A stretch of DNA of 64,000 bases from Bdellovibrionales bacterium RIFOXYD12_FULL_39_22 (GCA_001770205.1 MEQL01000044.1:1-64000); one strand, 5' to 3'; shown: positions 47,589-57,833, numbered from the stretch's first letter. A program made the numbers and translations. The notes: a model not told the origin generated them from the sequence alone.

Positions 47589-48872
47589 ATGGCCGGTTCA
47601 TTTAATCCGTTCGAAATGGCGCAGAAGCAATTTGATAAAGTTGCCAAGCAAATTGAAATTGATGATGCGACAAAAGATCTACTTCGCAATCCGATGCGTG
47701 AGTACCACTTCAACATTCCCGTAAAAATGGATGATGGTACAGTTAAAGTTTTTAGAGGATTTCGCGTTCAACATAATGACGCTCGAGGCCCAGGTAAGGG
47801 AGGAATTCGTTTTCATCCAGACGAAACCGTAGATACCGTGAGAGCACTATCTATGTGGATGACTTGGAAATGTTCACTTTTAGATCTTCCACTCGGAGGA
47901 AGTAAAGGTGGGGTTATTTGTGATCCACATAATCTTTCCAATCGTGAGCAAGAAAATATTTGCCGAGGATGGGTTCGACAAGTGGCGCGCAATATTGGGC
48001 CACTACAAGATGTTCCTGCTCCGGATATTATGACAAACGGTGCTCATATGTTGTGGATGCTAGATGAGTATGAAACGATTATGGGCGGAAAATTTCCAGG
48101 ACTCATTACTGGTAAACCTGTAGGCATGGGTGGATCTTTGGGAAGAACTGAGGCCACTGGATACGGCGTAGTTTACGTTGTGCGGGAAGCACTAAAAGAG
48201 TTAGGAATACAGGCCAATAAAACACAAGCTGCCTTCCAAGGTTTTGGAAATGTTTCTCAATATGCTATTAGAAAATATCAGGAATTAGGTGGTAAAGCTA
48301 TTTGTGTTTCTTCTTGGTCACAAGCTGATCAGAAGGCGTTTACGATTAAAAATAATGCCGGTATTGATGTTGATTCACTTCTATCTATCACTGATAGATT
48401 TGGTGGAATCAATCCACAAAAGGCCAAAGAACTTGGAAATGAGGTTCTTCCAGGAGATGCTTGGATTGAGCAAGATGTCGACATACTTTTCCCATGTGCC
48501 TTGGAAAATCAGATCACTGAAAAAAATGTTACCAAGATTAAATCGCGGGTACGTTTAATTGCAGAAGGTGCCAATGGCCCAACTACTCCAGAGGCCGATA
48601 AAGTAATTCATGAGAGAGGAATTTATTTGCTTCCAGATTTTCTGGCCAATGCTGGTGGAGTGACCTGCAGTTATTTTGAGCAAGTTCAATCTAATATGAA
48701 TTATTATTGGACTAAGGAAGAAGTTTTGGAAAAATTAGACCAGAAGATGACTCATGCTTATCATGAAGTGCATAAATTAGCACAAAAGCGTAAAGTCTAT
48801 ATGCGTGATGCTGCCTATATGATTGCTATTAATCGCGTAGCACAAGCATCGAAAGAGCGTGGCTGGGTTTAG
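47589..48872 (+). CDS. gdhA: Glutamate dehydrogenase (Glu/Leu/Phe/Val family)
   Basis: GFRVQHNDARGPGKGGIRF, MTWK, GGSKGG, DVPAPD, ITGKP..GGSLGR.EATG, QGFGNV, EGANGP and ANAGGV..SYFE. Confidence 0.92.
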   Translation: MAGSFNPFEMAQKQFDKVAKQIEIDDATKDLLRNPMREYHFNIPVKMDDGTVKVFRGFRVQHNDARGPGKGGIRFHPDETVDTVRALSMWMTWKCSLLDLPLGGSKGGVICDPHNLSNREQENICRGWVRQVARNIGPLQDVPAPDIMTNGAHMLWMLDEYETIMGGKFPGLITGKPVGMGGSLGRTEATGYGVVYVVREALKELGIQANKTQAAFQGFGNVSQYAIRKYQELGGKAICVSSWSQADQKAFTIKNNAGIDVDSLLSITDRFGGINPQKAKELGNEVLPGDAWIEQDVDILFPCALENQITEKNVTKIKSRVRLIAEGANGPTTPEADKVIHERGIYLLPDFLANAGGVTCSYFEQVQSNMNYYWTKEEVLEKLDQKMTHAYHEVHKLAQKRKVYMRDAAYMIAINRVAQASKERGWV

Positions 48873-48892
48873 TTAATTGCGAAGTCGTTGAG

Positions 48893-48925
48893 GGGAGGGG
48901 GAGGATACTCCTTCCTCCCATTTTG
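48893..48925 (+). terminator. Probable terminator after gdhA
   Basis: gggaggggagga-tac-tccttcctccc hairpin followed by attttg, between convergent genes. Confidence 0.6.
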
Positions 48926-48938
48926 TATTAAGGAACTC

Positions 48939-49379
48939 TTATCTGCTAAATGGTGAAAAGATTTTGTTCCAGTGGTCTAGCTGGTAGATGCAGTTATCCA
49001 TCACTTCTTTTAGTATTTTTGCATCAAATGGTTTTAGCAATAGAAAGCGAGCGTCATCGTAGTAGGCCGAAGAGGCCAAAGAGAAAGATTTATCTCCTGT
49101 CGCAAAAATTAAAAACGGTTTTTTATCTTTAATTTCAAAATATTTGATCAGAGTATCTCCTGATTTTTTTGGCATATGGATATCGGTAATTAAAACACTA
49201 ATATCTTTTTCAGAAAAAATTTTGGCCGCTTGATCGGGGTCTTGGTAGCTATGGATAGTGATTACTTCTTTAGGAAAAAGGTGTTCAAGTATTTGAGTCG
49301 TAGAATCTAAGACTATTTCGTCGTCATCAATTAGCACAATGTTATAGGGGCGATGATTCATGCGAAGACTCCTTGTCAC
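48939..49379 (-). CDS. Single-domain response regulator
   Basis: IVLIDDD, LITDIHMP, ATG and LLKPF motifs. Confidence 0.85.
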   Translation of the reverse strand: MTRSLRMNHRPYNIVLIDDDEIVLDSTTQILEHLFPKEVITIHSYQDPDQAAKIFSEKDISVLITDIHMPKKSGDTLIKYFEIKDKKPFLIFATGDKSFSLASSAYYDDARFLLLKPFDAKILKEVMDNCIYQLDHWNKIFSPFSR

Positions 49380-49520
49380 GGTAGTGTTAATTATATAGCG
49401 GTAAAGAAAATCTAATCAATAGGAAAAAAGAAGAATATATATTAACGAAATAAATCGGGTATAAAAAATTGCATATATTTAATTTGCATTTGTTTAATAA
49501 GGAATTATGATTGTCTTGTT

Positions 49521-52500
49521 ATGACACACTCTTCTCACAGTGATATCCCAAAATTTTCGGATAATTTTTTTAATTCGCAGGAGTTATTTTGTCGTATTGG
49601 ACAGGGAGCGATTGGTGGGAAGGCCGCCGGCCTTTTCAATGTAAAGAGCTCCTTTGTAGAACGCGCCAGTGGATATAAAAACTCAACAGTTTCTTTGCAT
49701 TTCCCGAAGACGGCAGTAATAACAACTGACTTTTTTGATCTTTTTTTAAAAGAAAACAATTTGTACAAGGTGGCATATTCAAATACCTCAGATAGCTATA
49801 TTGCTCATGAATTTCAAAGGGCCGGTTTGCATCCGAAGTTGGTGGAGGCCCTAAAATCGATAGTTAGACAGACCAGCGTACCACTGGCAATTCGCTCTTC
49901 ATCGATCAGTGAAGATGCGACGGATCGTCCATTCGCGGGCGTCTTTAATACTAAGATGATTCCGAATAATCCTAAGGATGATGAGCGATTTAAAAAGTTA
50001 TTAGAGGCCATCAAATTTGTCTATGCTTCAACTTTTTTTAAAAGGGCCAAGGATTATTATCAAGCACTAAAACGAGAAGCTAGTGATGAAAAAATGGCGG
50101 TGATTATTCAACCTTGTGTTGGTAATAGTTATGGCGATTATTTTTATCCAGAAATTTCAGGAGTGGTGCGCTCGAGTAATTTTTATCCCACGGGAAGTCT
50201 ACGGCCATCAGACGGGGTGGCAAATTTGGCCTTTGGATTGGGCAAAACTATTGTTGATGGTGGAATCGCTTGGATCTATTCTCCGCAAATTCCTTCCGCC
50301 CCGGCACCCTTTAATTCTACAAAGGAGTTGCTAGATAACACCCAGACAAAATTTTGGGCCATAAATTTATTTCAGCATCAAGAATATAATCCTAGTTCGG
50401 AGACGGAGTTTATTGTCAATGAAGATATTATTGATGCAGGAGACAATGATCTCTTTCCTATTTTGGCCTCGACTTATGACACTATGTCGGACAGAGTGGT
50501 GATGGGGACTCCTATCGATGGGCCTCGAGTGATTGATTTTGCTCCTATTTTAAAATTAGAAATGGTGCGACTAAATGAAGCGATTAAAGCAGTTATGGGA
50601 ATTTGCGAAGAGCGACTTAATTCGTCGGTGGAGATTGAGTTTGCTGTAGAGTTTGATAAAAACAAAAAAAATCATGCTCGTTTTTATCTGTTACAGGTGC
50701 GCCAAATGTCTCTTTCTTTTGAGACGATAGCAGTGGAAGAGAGTGAGTTATATGATGGAAATAATCTGGTGGCCTCGCGTACGGTGCATGGCAATGGACT
50801 TATAAGTGATATTTGTGATGTGGTCTACGTGCGGCCAGACAAGTTTGATCTCAAATATACTCAACAAATTGCCAAAGAATTAGAGTCGATAAATAGTGAT
50901 TTTATTAAAGAGAGGAAAAAATATCTTTTGATTGGACTGGGACGTTGGGGAAGTTCTGATCCATTACTGGGAATTCCGGTTAAGTGGGCGCAGATTTCGC
51001 AGGCCCGAGCTATTGTTGAAACTACTCAGCCTGGTATGTTTGTAGAGATGAGTCAGGGGACACATTTTTTTCATAATATAACAAGTTCTCACGTTTTTTA
51101 TTTTTCGGTGGAGTATTTTGATAAGTATAAAATCGATTGGGATTGGCTGGATCATCGAGTGGAGATTACTGAAACTCAATTTGTCAAACATGTGTCACTA
51201 GATAGGCCGCTGTATATTAAAGTTGATGGCCGGACCCAACGAGGAGTAATACAGAAATTTTTCATTGATAGGACTATTAAAGAAAAAGATGAGATCTCTC
51301 AAAAAGAACGGCGCAAGGAATTAAAGTGTATTTATGAAGTAGAAAAGCTTTTAGGGCCAAGCTCAAAATCGATGGATGAGGTGTTGGCCAAAGTGGCAGA
51401 GGCGATGCGCAGTGGTTGGATGTATCCAGAAGAGTGTGTTGTCCAAATTAATTATCAGAATATGCAAATAGGGAGTAGCAATTTTTGCAGTACTTCTTGG
51501 TGTTTACAAAATGAACTAGTGGCCTCAGGGCGTAAAGTTGGAGAGATAAAAGTTTGTTATCTAAAAGAACTTCCGGCCACCGATGTTGGGCCGTTTTTAA
51601 ATGAGGAAGTTAAGCTACTAGAAAATATTGGCAATTTATTGGCCGCCTATTTAGATAAATATGAAGGCGTTGCGGGTGATGATAAACAGAAAAAAGGGGC
51701 AAAAACGGCCAATTGGAAAATGGCCTTGGAGATGATTTCAAAAAGTGACGCAAAGTTATTGATGCTAGTAACCAAAAAGATGCTCTATCAGCTTTGTCTT
51801 AGTAATAATGCCAAGGCACAGGCCTTGCTAGAACAATTTGATAAAGATGCCGAAGAGAAAAGTAATGAAAGTTTTGGAGATGCTAATGTTCCACTGAAAA
51901 AAAAGGGCCATTTTGATGTAATAGATTTACGCGATGAGATCTTTGAAATTGCCACCAGTTTTTTTTCGGATCATGAAATTTTTTCCTTCTTAGATGCTTG
52001 GAGTCAGCAGCATAATGCTAATTTTTTAGTGGATATTTTAAGTAACCAACAGTCTTCAATGTCTGATATTATTAACGCCATTTCTCGCTATTTGCATATT
52101 TATCAAAATACCAAAAATCTTCCCGGGCCTACTAAAAGACAATTGCTTGTTTCTCTGATTGGCCGATTTATTACCACTAGTCCGGAATATATTCGAGTGG
52201 CCAAAAACTTTTTTGAAATTGAAGATTTTTTAGAGATACTTCATTTTGTAATAACTCCTACTCGTGGACATGGAACTATTGGCGGTAAAGGTGCTGGTAT
52301 GTTCTTGGCCTATAAAATTTTAAGTAAAGAGAGTAGTGGTGATTTTGGGACGCTAAAAATTCCAAAAACTTGGTATCTTTCTACGGATGCTTTTGACAAT
52401 TTTATTCACCACAATAATTTAGGTGATCTCTTTGAGCAAAAATATCGCCCAATTGATCAGATCAGACAGGAACATCCGCATATTGTTCAACTCTTTAAAA

Positions 52501-54473
52501 GTTCACCTTTTTCTAGCGATATTATCAAAGGATTGACAAAGGCCTTAGAAGATTTAGGCGACCTTCCTCTTGTTGTTAGGAGTTCTTCTATTTTAGAAGA
52601 TAGTTTTACCGCCTCCTTTGCCGGAAAATATAAGAGTCTTTTTTTGGCCAATCAGGGAAGTCGAGACCAGCGCCTGTCAGCACTGATGGATGCTATTGCA
52701 GAGATCTATGCTTCAACATTTGCACCAGATCCAATCTCTTATCGCAGCGAACGCAATCTCTTAGATGTAAAAGAGTCGATGGGAATTATGATTCAAGCGG
52801 TGGTCGGCCAGAAAGTACATGATTATTACTTCCCCTCTTTGGCCGGAGTAATGTTTTCGAATAATGAATTTCGTTGGTCTAAGCGCATCAAAAGAGATGA
52901 TGGCCTATTGCGAATTGTACCAGGCCTTGGTACTAGGGCCGTAGATCGGGTTAGCGATGATTATCCAATCCTCATAGCTCCTGGACAACCAGGGTTACGC
53001 GTTAATATTTCGGTGGAAGAGGTGGCGCGTTATTCTCCTAAAAAGATTGATTTGATTAATCTAAAAAAGGGGACCTTTGAGACGCATGATGTTTATAAAA
53101 TTTTAAAAGAACTAGGTTATGACTATCCTAAACTTAAACAAATTGTCTCAATCTACGATCGAACTCGCATCTATCGTCCGGCGGGAGTAGATTTGGATAT
53201 TGAAAATAGAGAGATGGTGGTAACTTTTGAAGGACTGTTTTCAGATACCAACTTTATTGCGCAAATGAAGCAATATATTAATCAGTTAAAAGAAGTTTTT
53301 GAGTTTCCAGTGGATGTTGAATTTGCTCATGATGGGAATGATTTTTATCTGTTGCAATGTCGGCCACAAATAAATGGCCAAGACAGTAGGTCGATCCCCA
53401 TTCCTAAAAATATTTCAAAGGAGCGCACACTATTTTCCGCCAATAAATTTATCTCTAACGGAGCGATTCCAGATATAACTCATATCGTCTATGTTGATCC
53501 GCAGTCCTATTCCAAAGTGGCCAGCATTGATGATTTAATTCGGGTAGGAGAGGCGATTGGACTATTAAATAAAATTTTGCCGAAGCGCCGATTTATACTA
53601 ATGGGGCCTGGGCGCTGGGGAAGTCGAGGTGATATTAAGTTGGGAGTACGTACTTCTTATTCTGATCTTAACAATACGGCCGTGCTTATTGAGATCGCCA
53701 GGAAGAAAGGAAATTATACTCCAGAGTTATCTTTTGGAACGCACTTTTTTCAGGATTTGGTCGAGTCCTCCATTCGCTATATTCCTCTTTATCCGGATGA
53801 TGAAGAAGTTGATTTTAATAATGATTTTTTTCAAAATGCCACCAACCTTTTGGCCGATTTGGCCCCCAATTATCAGGATCTGAGTGCAGTTGTTAGAGTT
53901 ATTGATGTTGGCCAAAACAGCGAAGGAAAAATTTTACGAATAGTAATGAGTTCAGAAGAAGATAGGGCCTTAGGTTTTTTAACTTACGCAGATGATTTAA
54001 CCGGACACATGGAGGAAGCACCTCCTTCTCCTGCGGGGCCGCCGATATCTGCCAGTAATTTCTCCACCTCCACGGTTTTTAACGTGGCCAAGGGTAATAT
54101 TTATGAGCGTAGCAGATGGAATTGGCGCATGTATATGGCCTTGGAGCTTTCTAAGCAATTAGATCGAGAACGTTTTGGAGTAGTTGATCTATATCTAATT
54201 GGAAGTGTGAAAACGGAAACGTTTGATGCGGAAAGCGATATTGATTTATTAGTTCATTTTGCGGGAGATGAACATCAACTTTGCTCACTATCTCATTGGT
54301 TGGAGGGATGGAGTCGTTGTCTGGGAGTGATGAATTATCTCTATTCTGGATATCGCCGTGAAGAGCTTTTAGATGTCAAGATTGTGACCGATGCTAATAT
54401 TGAAGAGAAGTATAAATATGCAGTTAAAATTGGGGCGGCAACTGATTCGGCCTTAAAGTTAGGGGGTAAATAG
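49521..54473 (+). CDS. 1650-aa protein: two PPDK_N (PEP-synthase-like ATP-grasp) modules, a GAF-like linker and a C-terminal Pol-beta-type nucleotidyltransferase
   Basis: IGGK, RSSS..ED...FAG, M.V/IIQ, GLG...V, EFA, LLQ.R, G.GRWGS and GTHFF each occur twice. C-terminal IGSV...SDIDLLV. No pyruvate-binding TIM barrel. Confidence 0.82.
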   Translation: MTHSSHSDIPKFSDNFFNSQELFCRIGQGAIGGKAAGLFNVKSSFVERASGYKNSTVSLHFPKTAVITTDFFDLFLKENNLYKVAYSNTSDSYIAHEFQRAGLHPKLVEALKSIVRQTSVPLAIRSSSISEDATDRPFAGVFNTKMIPNNPKDDERFKKLLEAIKFVYASTFFKRAKDYYQALKREASDEKMAVIIQPCVGNSYGDYFYPEISGVVRSSNFYPTGSLRPSDGVANLAFGLGKTIVDGGIAWIYSPQIPSAPAPFNSTKELLDNTQTKFWAINLFQHQEYNPSSETEFIVNEDIIDAGDNDLFPILASTYDTMSDRVVMGTPIDGPRVIDFAPILKLEMVRLNEAIKAVMGICEERLNSSVEIEFAVEFDKNKKNHARFYLLQVRQMSLSFETIAVEESELYDGNNLVASRTVHGNGLISDICDVVYVRPDKFDLKYTQQIAKELESINSDFIKERKKYLLIGLGRWGSSDPLLGIPVKWAQISQARAIVETTQPGMFVEMSQGTHFFHNITSSHVFYFSVEYFDKYKIDWDWLDHRVEITETQFVKHVSLDRPLYIKVDGRTQRGVIQKFFIDRTIKEKDEISQKERRKELKCIYEVEKLLGPSSKSMDEVLAKVAEAMRSGWMYPEECVVQINYQNMQIGSSNFCSTSWCLQNELVASGRKVGEIKVCYLKELPATDVGPFLNEEVKLLENIGNLLAAYLDKYEGVAGDDKQKKGAKTANWKMALEMISKSDAKLLMLVTKKMLYQLCLSNNAKAQALLEQFDKDAEEKSNESFGDANVPLKKKGHFDVIDLRDEIFEIATSFFSDHEIFSFLDAWSQQHNANFLVDILSNQQSSMSDIINAISRYLHIYQNTKNLPGPTKRQLLVSLIGRFITTSPEYIRVAKNFFEIEDFLEILHFVITPTRGHGTIGGKGAGMFLAYKILSKESSGDFGTLKIPKTWYLSTDAFDNFIHHNNLGDLFEQKYRPIDQIRQEHPHIVQLFKSSPFSSDIIKGLTKALEDLGDLPLVVRSSSILEDSFTASFAGKYKSLFLANQGSRDQRLSALMDAIAEIYASTFAPDPISYRSERNLLDVKESMGIMIQAVVGQKVHDYYFPSLAGVMFSNNEFRWSKRIKRDDGLLRIVPGLGTRAVDRVSDDYPILIAPGQPGLRVNISVEEVARYSPKKIDLINLKKGTFETHDVYKILKELGYDYPKLKQIVSIYDRTRIYRPAGVDLDIENREMVVTFEGLFSDTNFIAQMKQYINQLKEVFEFPVDVEFAHDGNDFYLLQCRPQINGQDSRSIPIPKNISKERTLFSANKFISNGAIPDITHIVYVDPQSYSKVASIDDLIRVGEAIGLLNKILPKRRFILMGPGRWGSRGDIKLGVRTSYSDLNNTAVLIEIARKKGNYTPELSFGTHFFQDLVESSIRYIPLYPDDEEVDFNNDFFQNATNLLADLAPNYQDLSAVVRVIDVGQNSEGKILRIVMSSEEDRALGFLTYADDLTGHMEEAPPSPAGPPISASNFSTSTVFNVAKGNIYERSRWNWRMYMALELSKQLDRERFGVVDLYLIGSVKTETFDAESDIDLLVHFAGDEHQLCSLSHWLEGWSRCLGVMNYLYSGYRREELLDVKIVTDANIEEKYKYAVKIGAATDSALKLGGK

Positions 54474-54605
54474 CTTACGGTTGTTTGATAAATCTACTTA
54501 ATCTGGCGTTGTATAATTTACAAAATTATTCTATTTAGTTGCATTGAGTCTAAAGTTTTAGTACTTTTCACTTCACAAAATTAACCACCGAAGGAGGATG
54601 GCATT

Positions 54606-55013
54606 ATGAAATCATTATTTTTAATTTTTGGACTTATGATTTTTTCTTTTTCTCTTTTTGCAGAAGGCGAACTAAGTAGTAGTCAGAGTATCTATGAGGC
54701 CTTGGATGTGGAAGCGATTCAAGTTAATCCGGGGATTAATGGTGTCTATCGTTTAGAAAAGGGAGTGGGTGGACTTTATTGCGCAAAATCTAAAGTGGTT
54801 TCTCCGAATGCTGAGGATGAATATTTTTGTGATTTATTGGTGGAAGAAATGGATGCAGAAGCAATTTATAATGCTCTTTTAGTAGAAGAGGTGGCCGATG
54901 AACCGATGAGGTTCGGGGCCATGAGATTTTTTAAATCAGTGGGCGAATTGGTTTGTCTTAAATCAAAGATTGTCTATCCTGGGTCCAAATTTGAATATAG
55001 CTGTACTTTATAA
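54606..55013 (+). CDS. Secreted protein made of two ~52-aa repeats
   Basis: Signal peptide; IY.AL.VE...K.VG.L.C.KSK.V.P...EY.C.L occurs twice. Confidence 0.75.
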   Translation: MKSLFLIFGLMIFSFSLFAEGELSSSQSIYEALDVEAIQVNPGINGVYRLEKGVGGLYCAKSKVVSPNAEDEYFCDLLVEEMDAEAIYNALLVEEVADEPMRFGAMRFFKSVGELVCLKSKIVYPGSKFEYSCTL

Positions 55014-55054
55014 TATAATGCAATAAATGGCAGCAAGTGTAGTAAGTAAGAAGG

Positions 55055-55078
55055 GTAACAGGGAAAACTCCCTGTTAC
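55055..55078. terminator. Hairpin between convergent genes
   Basis: gtaacaggga-aaac-tccctgttac perfect 10-bp stem. Confidence 0.6.
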
Positions 55079-56409
55079 TTAGTTAACACTTCTTTTACTC
55101 TTTCTTCAATGCGCTCCGAATCAGAGAGCGCATTTTTTTCTCCGGATGTATTTGATTGTTGGCGAGTGGCATTCAAAATTGCCTTGATGGTGCCTTCATC
55201 ACATTCTTTGATCATTTCGCAAACAGATCCCATTCCCTTGGCCACCTTGCCGTTAACGAAGGTGTCAAGAACCGAACCTTTAAGTTCGCCGGATAGGCGT
55301 TGCTCCAAAATTAGTTGCGCCATTTCTCCTTGAGTTTTAAATTGATCCATTTTTAGAAGTAAAAATTCACCATCATCATATTTATTGTGCGCCTTTTCTA
55401 TTGCCTCTGTTACTTCTTTATCTTTTGATTCAAGATAGATCACAGATGCTACCACTTTTTTTTCTTCCTCCGTTAATTCATCAACTTTTCCGGAGGTCTC
55501 GGCGAGCTTATTCTTTTTTTCTGAGAAGTTATTTAGACGATATCCTTCCATTTTTTTGTTAGCAATGTATTGGTCAATTTTTCGTTGAACATCAGGAGGT
55601 AGCTTTTTAAGTGCCTCTTCGGCGGAGGCAATGGCGGCATTACGCGCAATTACGGAAGAAGAAATTTTAGCTTCTAGCTCCCCCTGGACCTTTGTATATT
55701 TTTTTTGGTTTTCTTTAATTTTTTCTGTCCGATCTACAAACTGTTGTTTTAATTTTTTGACTTCCTCGGCATCAAGGTGTTTTGTTAATTGGCTCCAGTT
55801 GGGTTCAACTCCACTGGCAATGTCTTCGCGAGCAACTTTTGCGGCCTCAATTTTTTCAGGAGTTTTTTTCTCTAGTTTTTCATTCTTTTGCAGTTTCTCA
55901 TTGACCTCGACAATGGCGTCAAGGGAGGCCATGGATTGTTGTCGTAATTTTTTTTCTTCATTTATGGCAACATCTGTGGCCTGGGCCTGGGCATCGATTG
56001 CTGCCTCAAGATCGGCAATTGTTTGGTTTTGAGTATCACGCACAGATTTTAATTCAAAAAAGAGCTTTCTAATCTTTGCATCTTGTATCAAAGTTGGATT
56101 GGCCTCCAAATGTCTTAATAATCCTTTTTCCAATTTGGCGTTATATTCTTCTTCATCTTTTTCATTGCAGAAAATGCAAGATGGTGAGGAGTCGCCAAGT
56201 TCTGTATCCCATGGACAGCTAAATACATTGGCACAAGTTTCATAACCTTCATCGGTATCAGAGGTAGATTTCTTACAACTGGTTGGATCTTTTTTGTATT
56301 CACAGATATCACTGAAGTGTTTTTTTACGCTGTAGGCGCTGACGGAAAAAGCAAATGCCGAAGAGATGGTTAGGGTTGCTAGTAAAATGGTGATCAATAC
56401 TTTTTTCAT
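55075..56409 (-). CDS. Secreted coiled-coil protein with a Cys-rich N-terminal domain
   Basis: GGAGGAG SD, signal peptide, six Cys early in the mature chain, then a long Lys/Glu helical region. Confidence 0.75.
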   Translation of the reverse strand: MKKVLITILLATLTISSAFAFSVSAYSVKKHFSDICEYKKDPTSCKKSTSDTDEGYETCANVFSCPWDTELGDSSPSCIFCNEKDEEEYNAKLEKGLLRHLEANPTLIQDAKIRKLFFELKSVRDTQNQTIADLEAAIDAQAQATDVAINEEKKLRQQSMASLDAIVEVNEKLQKNEKLEKKTPEKIEAAKVAREDIASGVEPNWSQLTKHLDAEEVKKLKQQFVDRTEKIKENQKKYTKVQGELEAKISSSVIARNAAIASAEEALKKLPPDVQRKIDQYIANKKMEGYRLNNFSEKKNKLAETSGKVDELTEEEKKVVASVIYLESKDKEVTEAIEKAHNKYDDGEFLLLKMDQFKTQGEMAQLILEQRLSGELKGSVLDTFVNGKVAKGMGSVCEMIKECDEGTIKAILNATRQQSNTSGEKNALSDSERIEERVKEVLTK

Positions 56410-56452
56410 CAAACTCCTCCAGTTAATCTTTAATGTAATTCACACAGTGAGC

Positions 56453-56479
56453 TTATCGAGTATTTATAAAAAAACTTAA
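56453..56479 (-). promoter_or_regulatory. Possible sigma28-type promoter
   Basis: TTAAGTTT-N11-CTCGATAA on the minus strand, upstream of ATG 56409. Confidence 0.5.
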
Positions 56480-56512
56480 GAGCTGGCCGCAGCGAGGGAG
56501 TTTTTTGGTCAA

Positions 56513-57793
56513 CTATCGTCGTCTTCTATTTTTATTTCGATGGAAGTTGTTCTGTTTTGGTGGATTGCTGGTGTTATTTGTTAACACCGCAGGCCCGGTG
56601 GGAGGAGGCGTTTTTGGTTGTGGGGGGAGGGGAGTGGTAGTAATAGTGGATGGCGTTTTTTCTTCAGGAGCATTTTCATCCTCAAGAGATTCTCCACTGT
56701 TTGTTGCTTGGAGCATGGCCAAATCAATTTTGCTGCCGATAAGCGTCTTTGTCTCATTCATAATATGTTCAAAACGCTCCGGAAATTTCCAATCAGTAGG
56801 CAGTGGTAGTTTTATATCGTATTGAGAGAGAGCATAGCGACGTAAATTCCCTTTGTCGGTTAGCATTTCAAACTCTTCTCGCAGGACGTGTAGTTTTGTA
56901 ACTTTTCCTATATCTCCGTTGGCAACTTTGATAAAACTTCCCTCTCTTGGGAGAAAGTTTCGCTTATGTGTGTAGACTTCATTTTCAAAACGAATGCAGC
57001 ATTTAACTTGGCCGCAGACCCCATTTATTTTGGTGGGCACAATGGCCAGATTTTGATTTTTGGCCATCTTAATATTTACCGTTCCATAATTTTTTAAAAA
57101 TGAAGAGCAACAATTTTGTCGGCCGCAAGGGCCGATAGAACCCAGTGCCGCGCTTCGATCTCGTACCGATATTTGACGCAATTCAATGCGCATTTTAAGT
57201 TCGGCCACCAAATCTTTTACTAAATTTCTAAAATCCACACGATCAGGAGCATTAAAATAGAAGACGGCCTTTTTGCCAAACTGAATAAATTCTACGTGGG
57301 TTAAAACCATATCCAAATTATATTTTTCAATGAGGCCTAAGCAAATATTTTCCGCTCTCTTTTCCTGGTGCAAAAGTTCCTGTTTTTTGGCGATATCCTC
57401 TTCGGTAGCAATTTTAGAGATGGTGTGAACAGGAAGCATTCCCTTATGGAACTTGGCCTCATAAGGGAATGAATTTATATAACCAATATCCATCCCTCGA
57501 TCACTCATGGCCATTACTTTTTGCCCATAAGAGAAAATTTGATTACCAATTAAAAAAGGGAATGCACGAGCGTTTCCTGGGAAGCGTACTTTTACAAAGC
57601 GCAATAGTTGGCCATCTTGGAATTTATGTTCCTCATCTTCTTTGCCATCATTTGTCGTTTTTTCGTTATTTGCATTAAGATCATTAGAAAAATCAGGAGA
57701 AGGTGTTGTTGGTTGCTCTGTGACTTCCGAATCAGTAGCGGGAGTGCTCAGAGCAAGAGGTTCATCATTAGATACTAAATCGTTATTGGCCAT
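56513..57793 (-). CDS. ricT: PSP1/RicT (YaaT) family Fe-S regulatory protein
   Basis: FYFNAPDRVDFRNLVKDL, RIELRQI, GPCGRQNCC, IKMAKNQ and KINGVCGQVKCCIRFE; disordered termini. Confidence 0.85.
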   Translation of the reverse strand: MANNDLVSNDEPLALSTPATDSEVTEQPTTPSPDFSNDLNANNEKTTNDGKEDEEHKFQDGQLLRFVKVRFPGNARAFPFLIGNQIFSYGQKVMAMSDRGMDIGYINSFPYEAKFHKGMLPVHTISKIATEEDIAKKQELLHQEKRAENICLGLIEKYNLDMVLTHVEFIQFGKKAVFYFNAPDRVDFRNLVKDLVAELKMRIELRQISVRDRSAALGSIGPCGRQNCCSSFLKNYGTVNIKMAKNQNLAIVPTKINGVCGQVKCCIRFENEVYTHKRNFLPREGSFIKVANGDIGKVTKLHVLREEFEMLTDKGNLRRYALSQYDIKLPLPTDWKFPERFEHIMNETKTLIGSKIDLAMLQATNSGESLEDENAPEEKTPSTITTTPLPPQPKTPPPTGPAVLTNNTSNPPKQNNFHRNKNRRRR

Positions 57794-57833
57794 ATTGGAT
57801 ATCCATTATAGTCATAACCGAAAAGGAGTGTCA

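Noticed and set aside
49521..54473. Annotation as PEP synthase/PPDK (ppsA), or as an MNT antitoxin
   Set aside because: There is no pyruvate-binding TIM barrel or canonical TSHAAI phospho-His motif. The NTase is fused and no HEPN toxin gene is adjacent.
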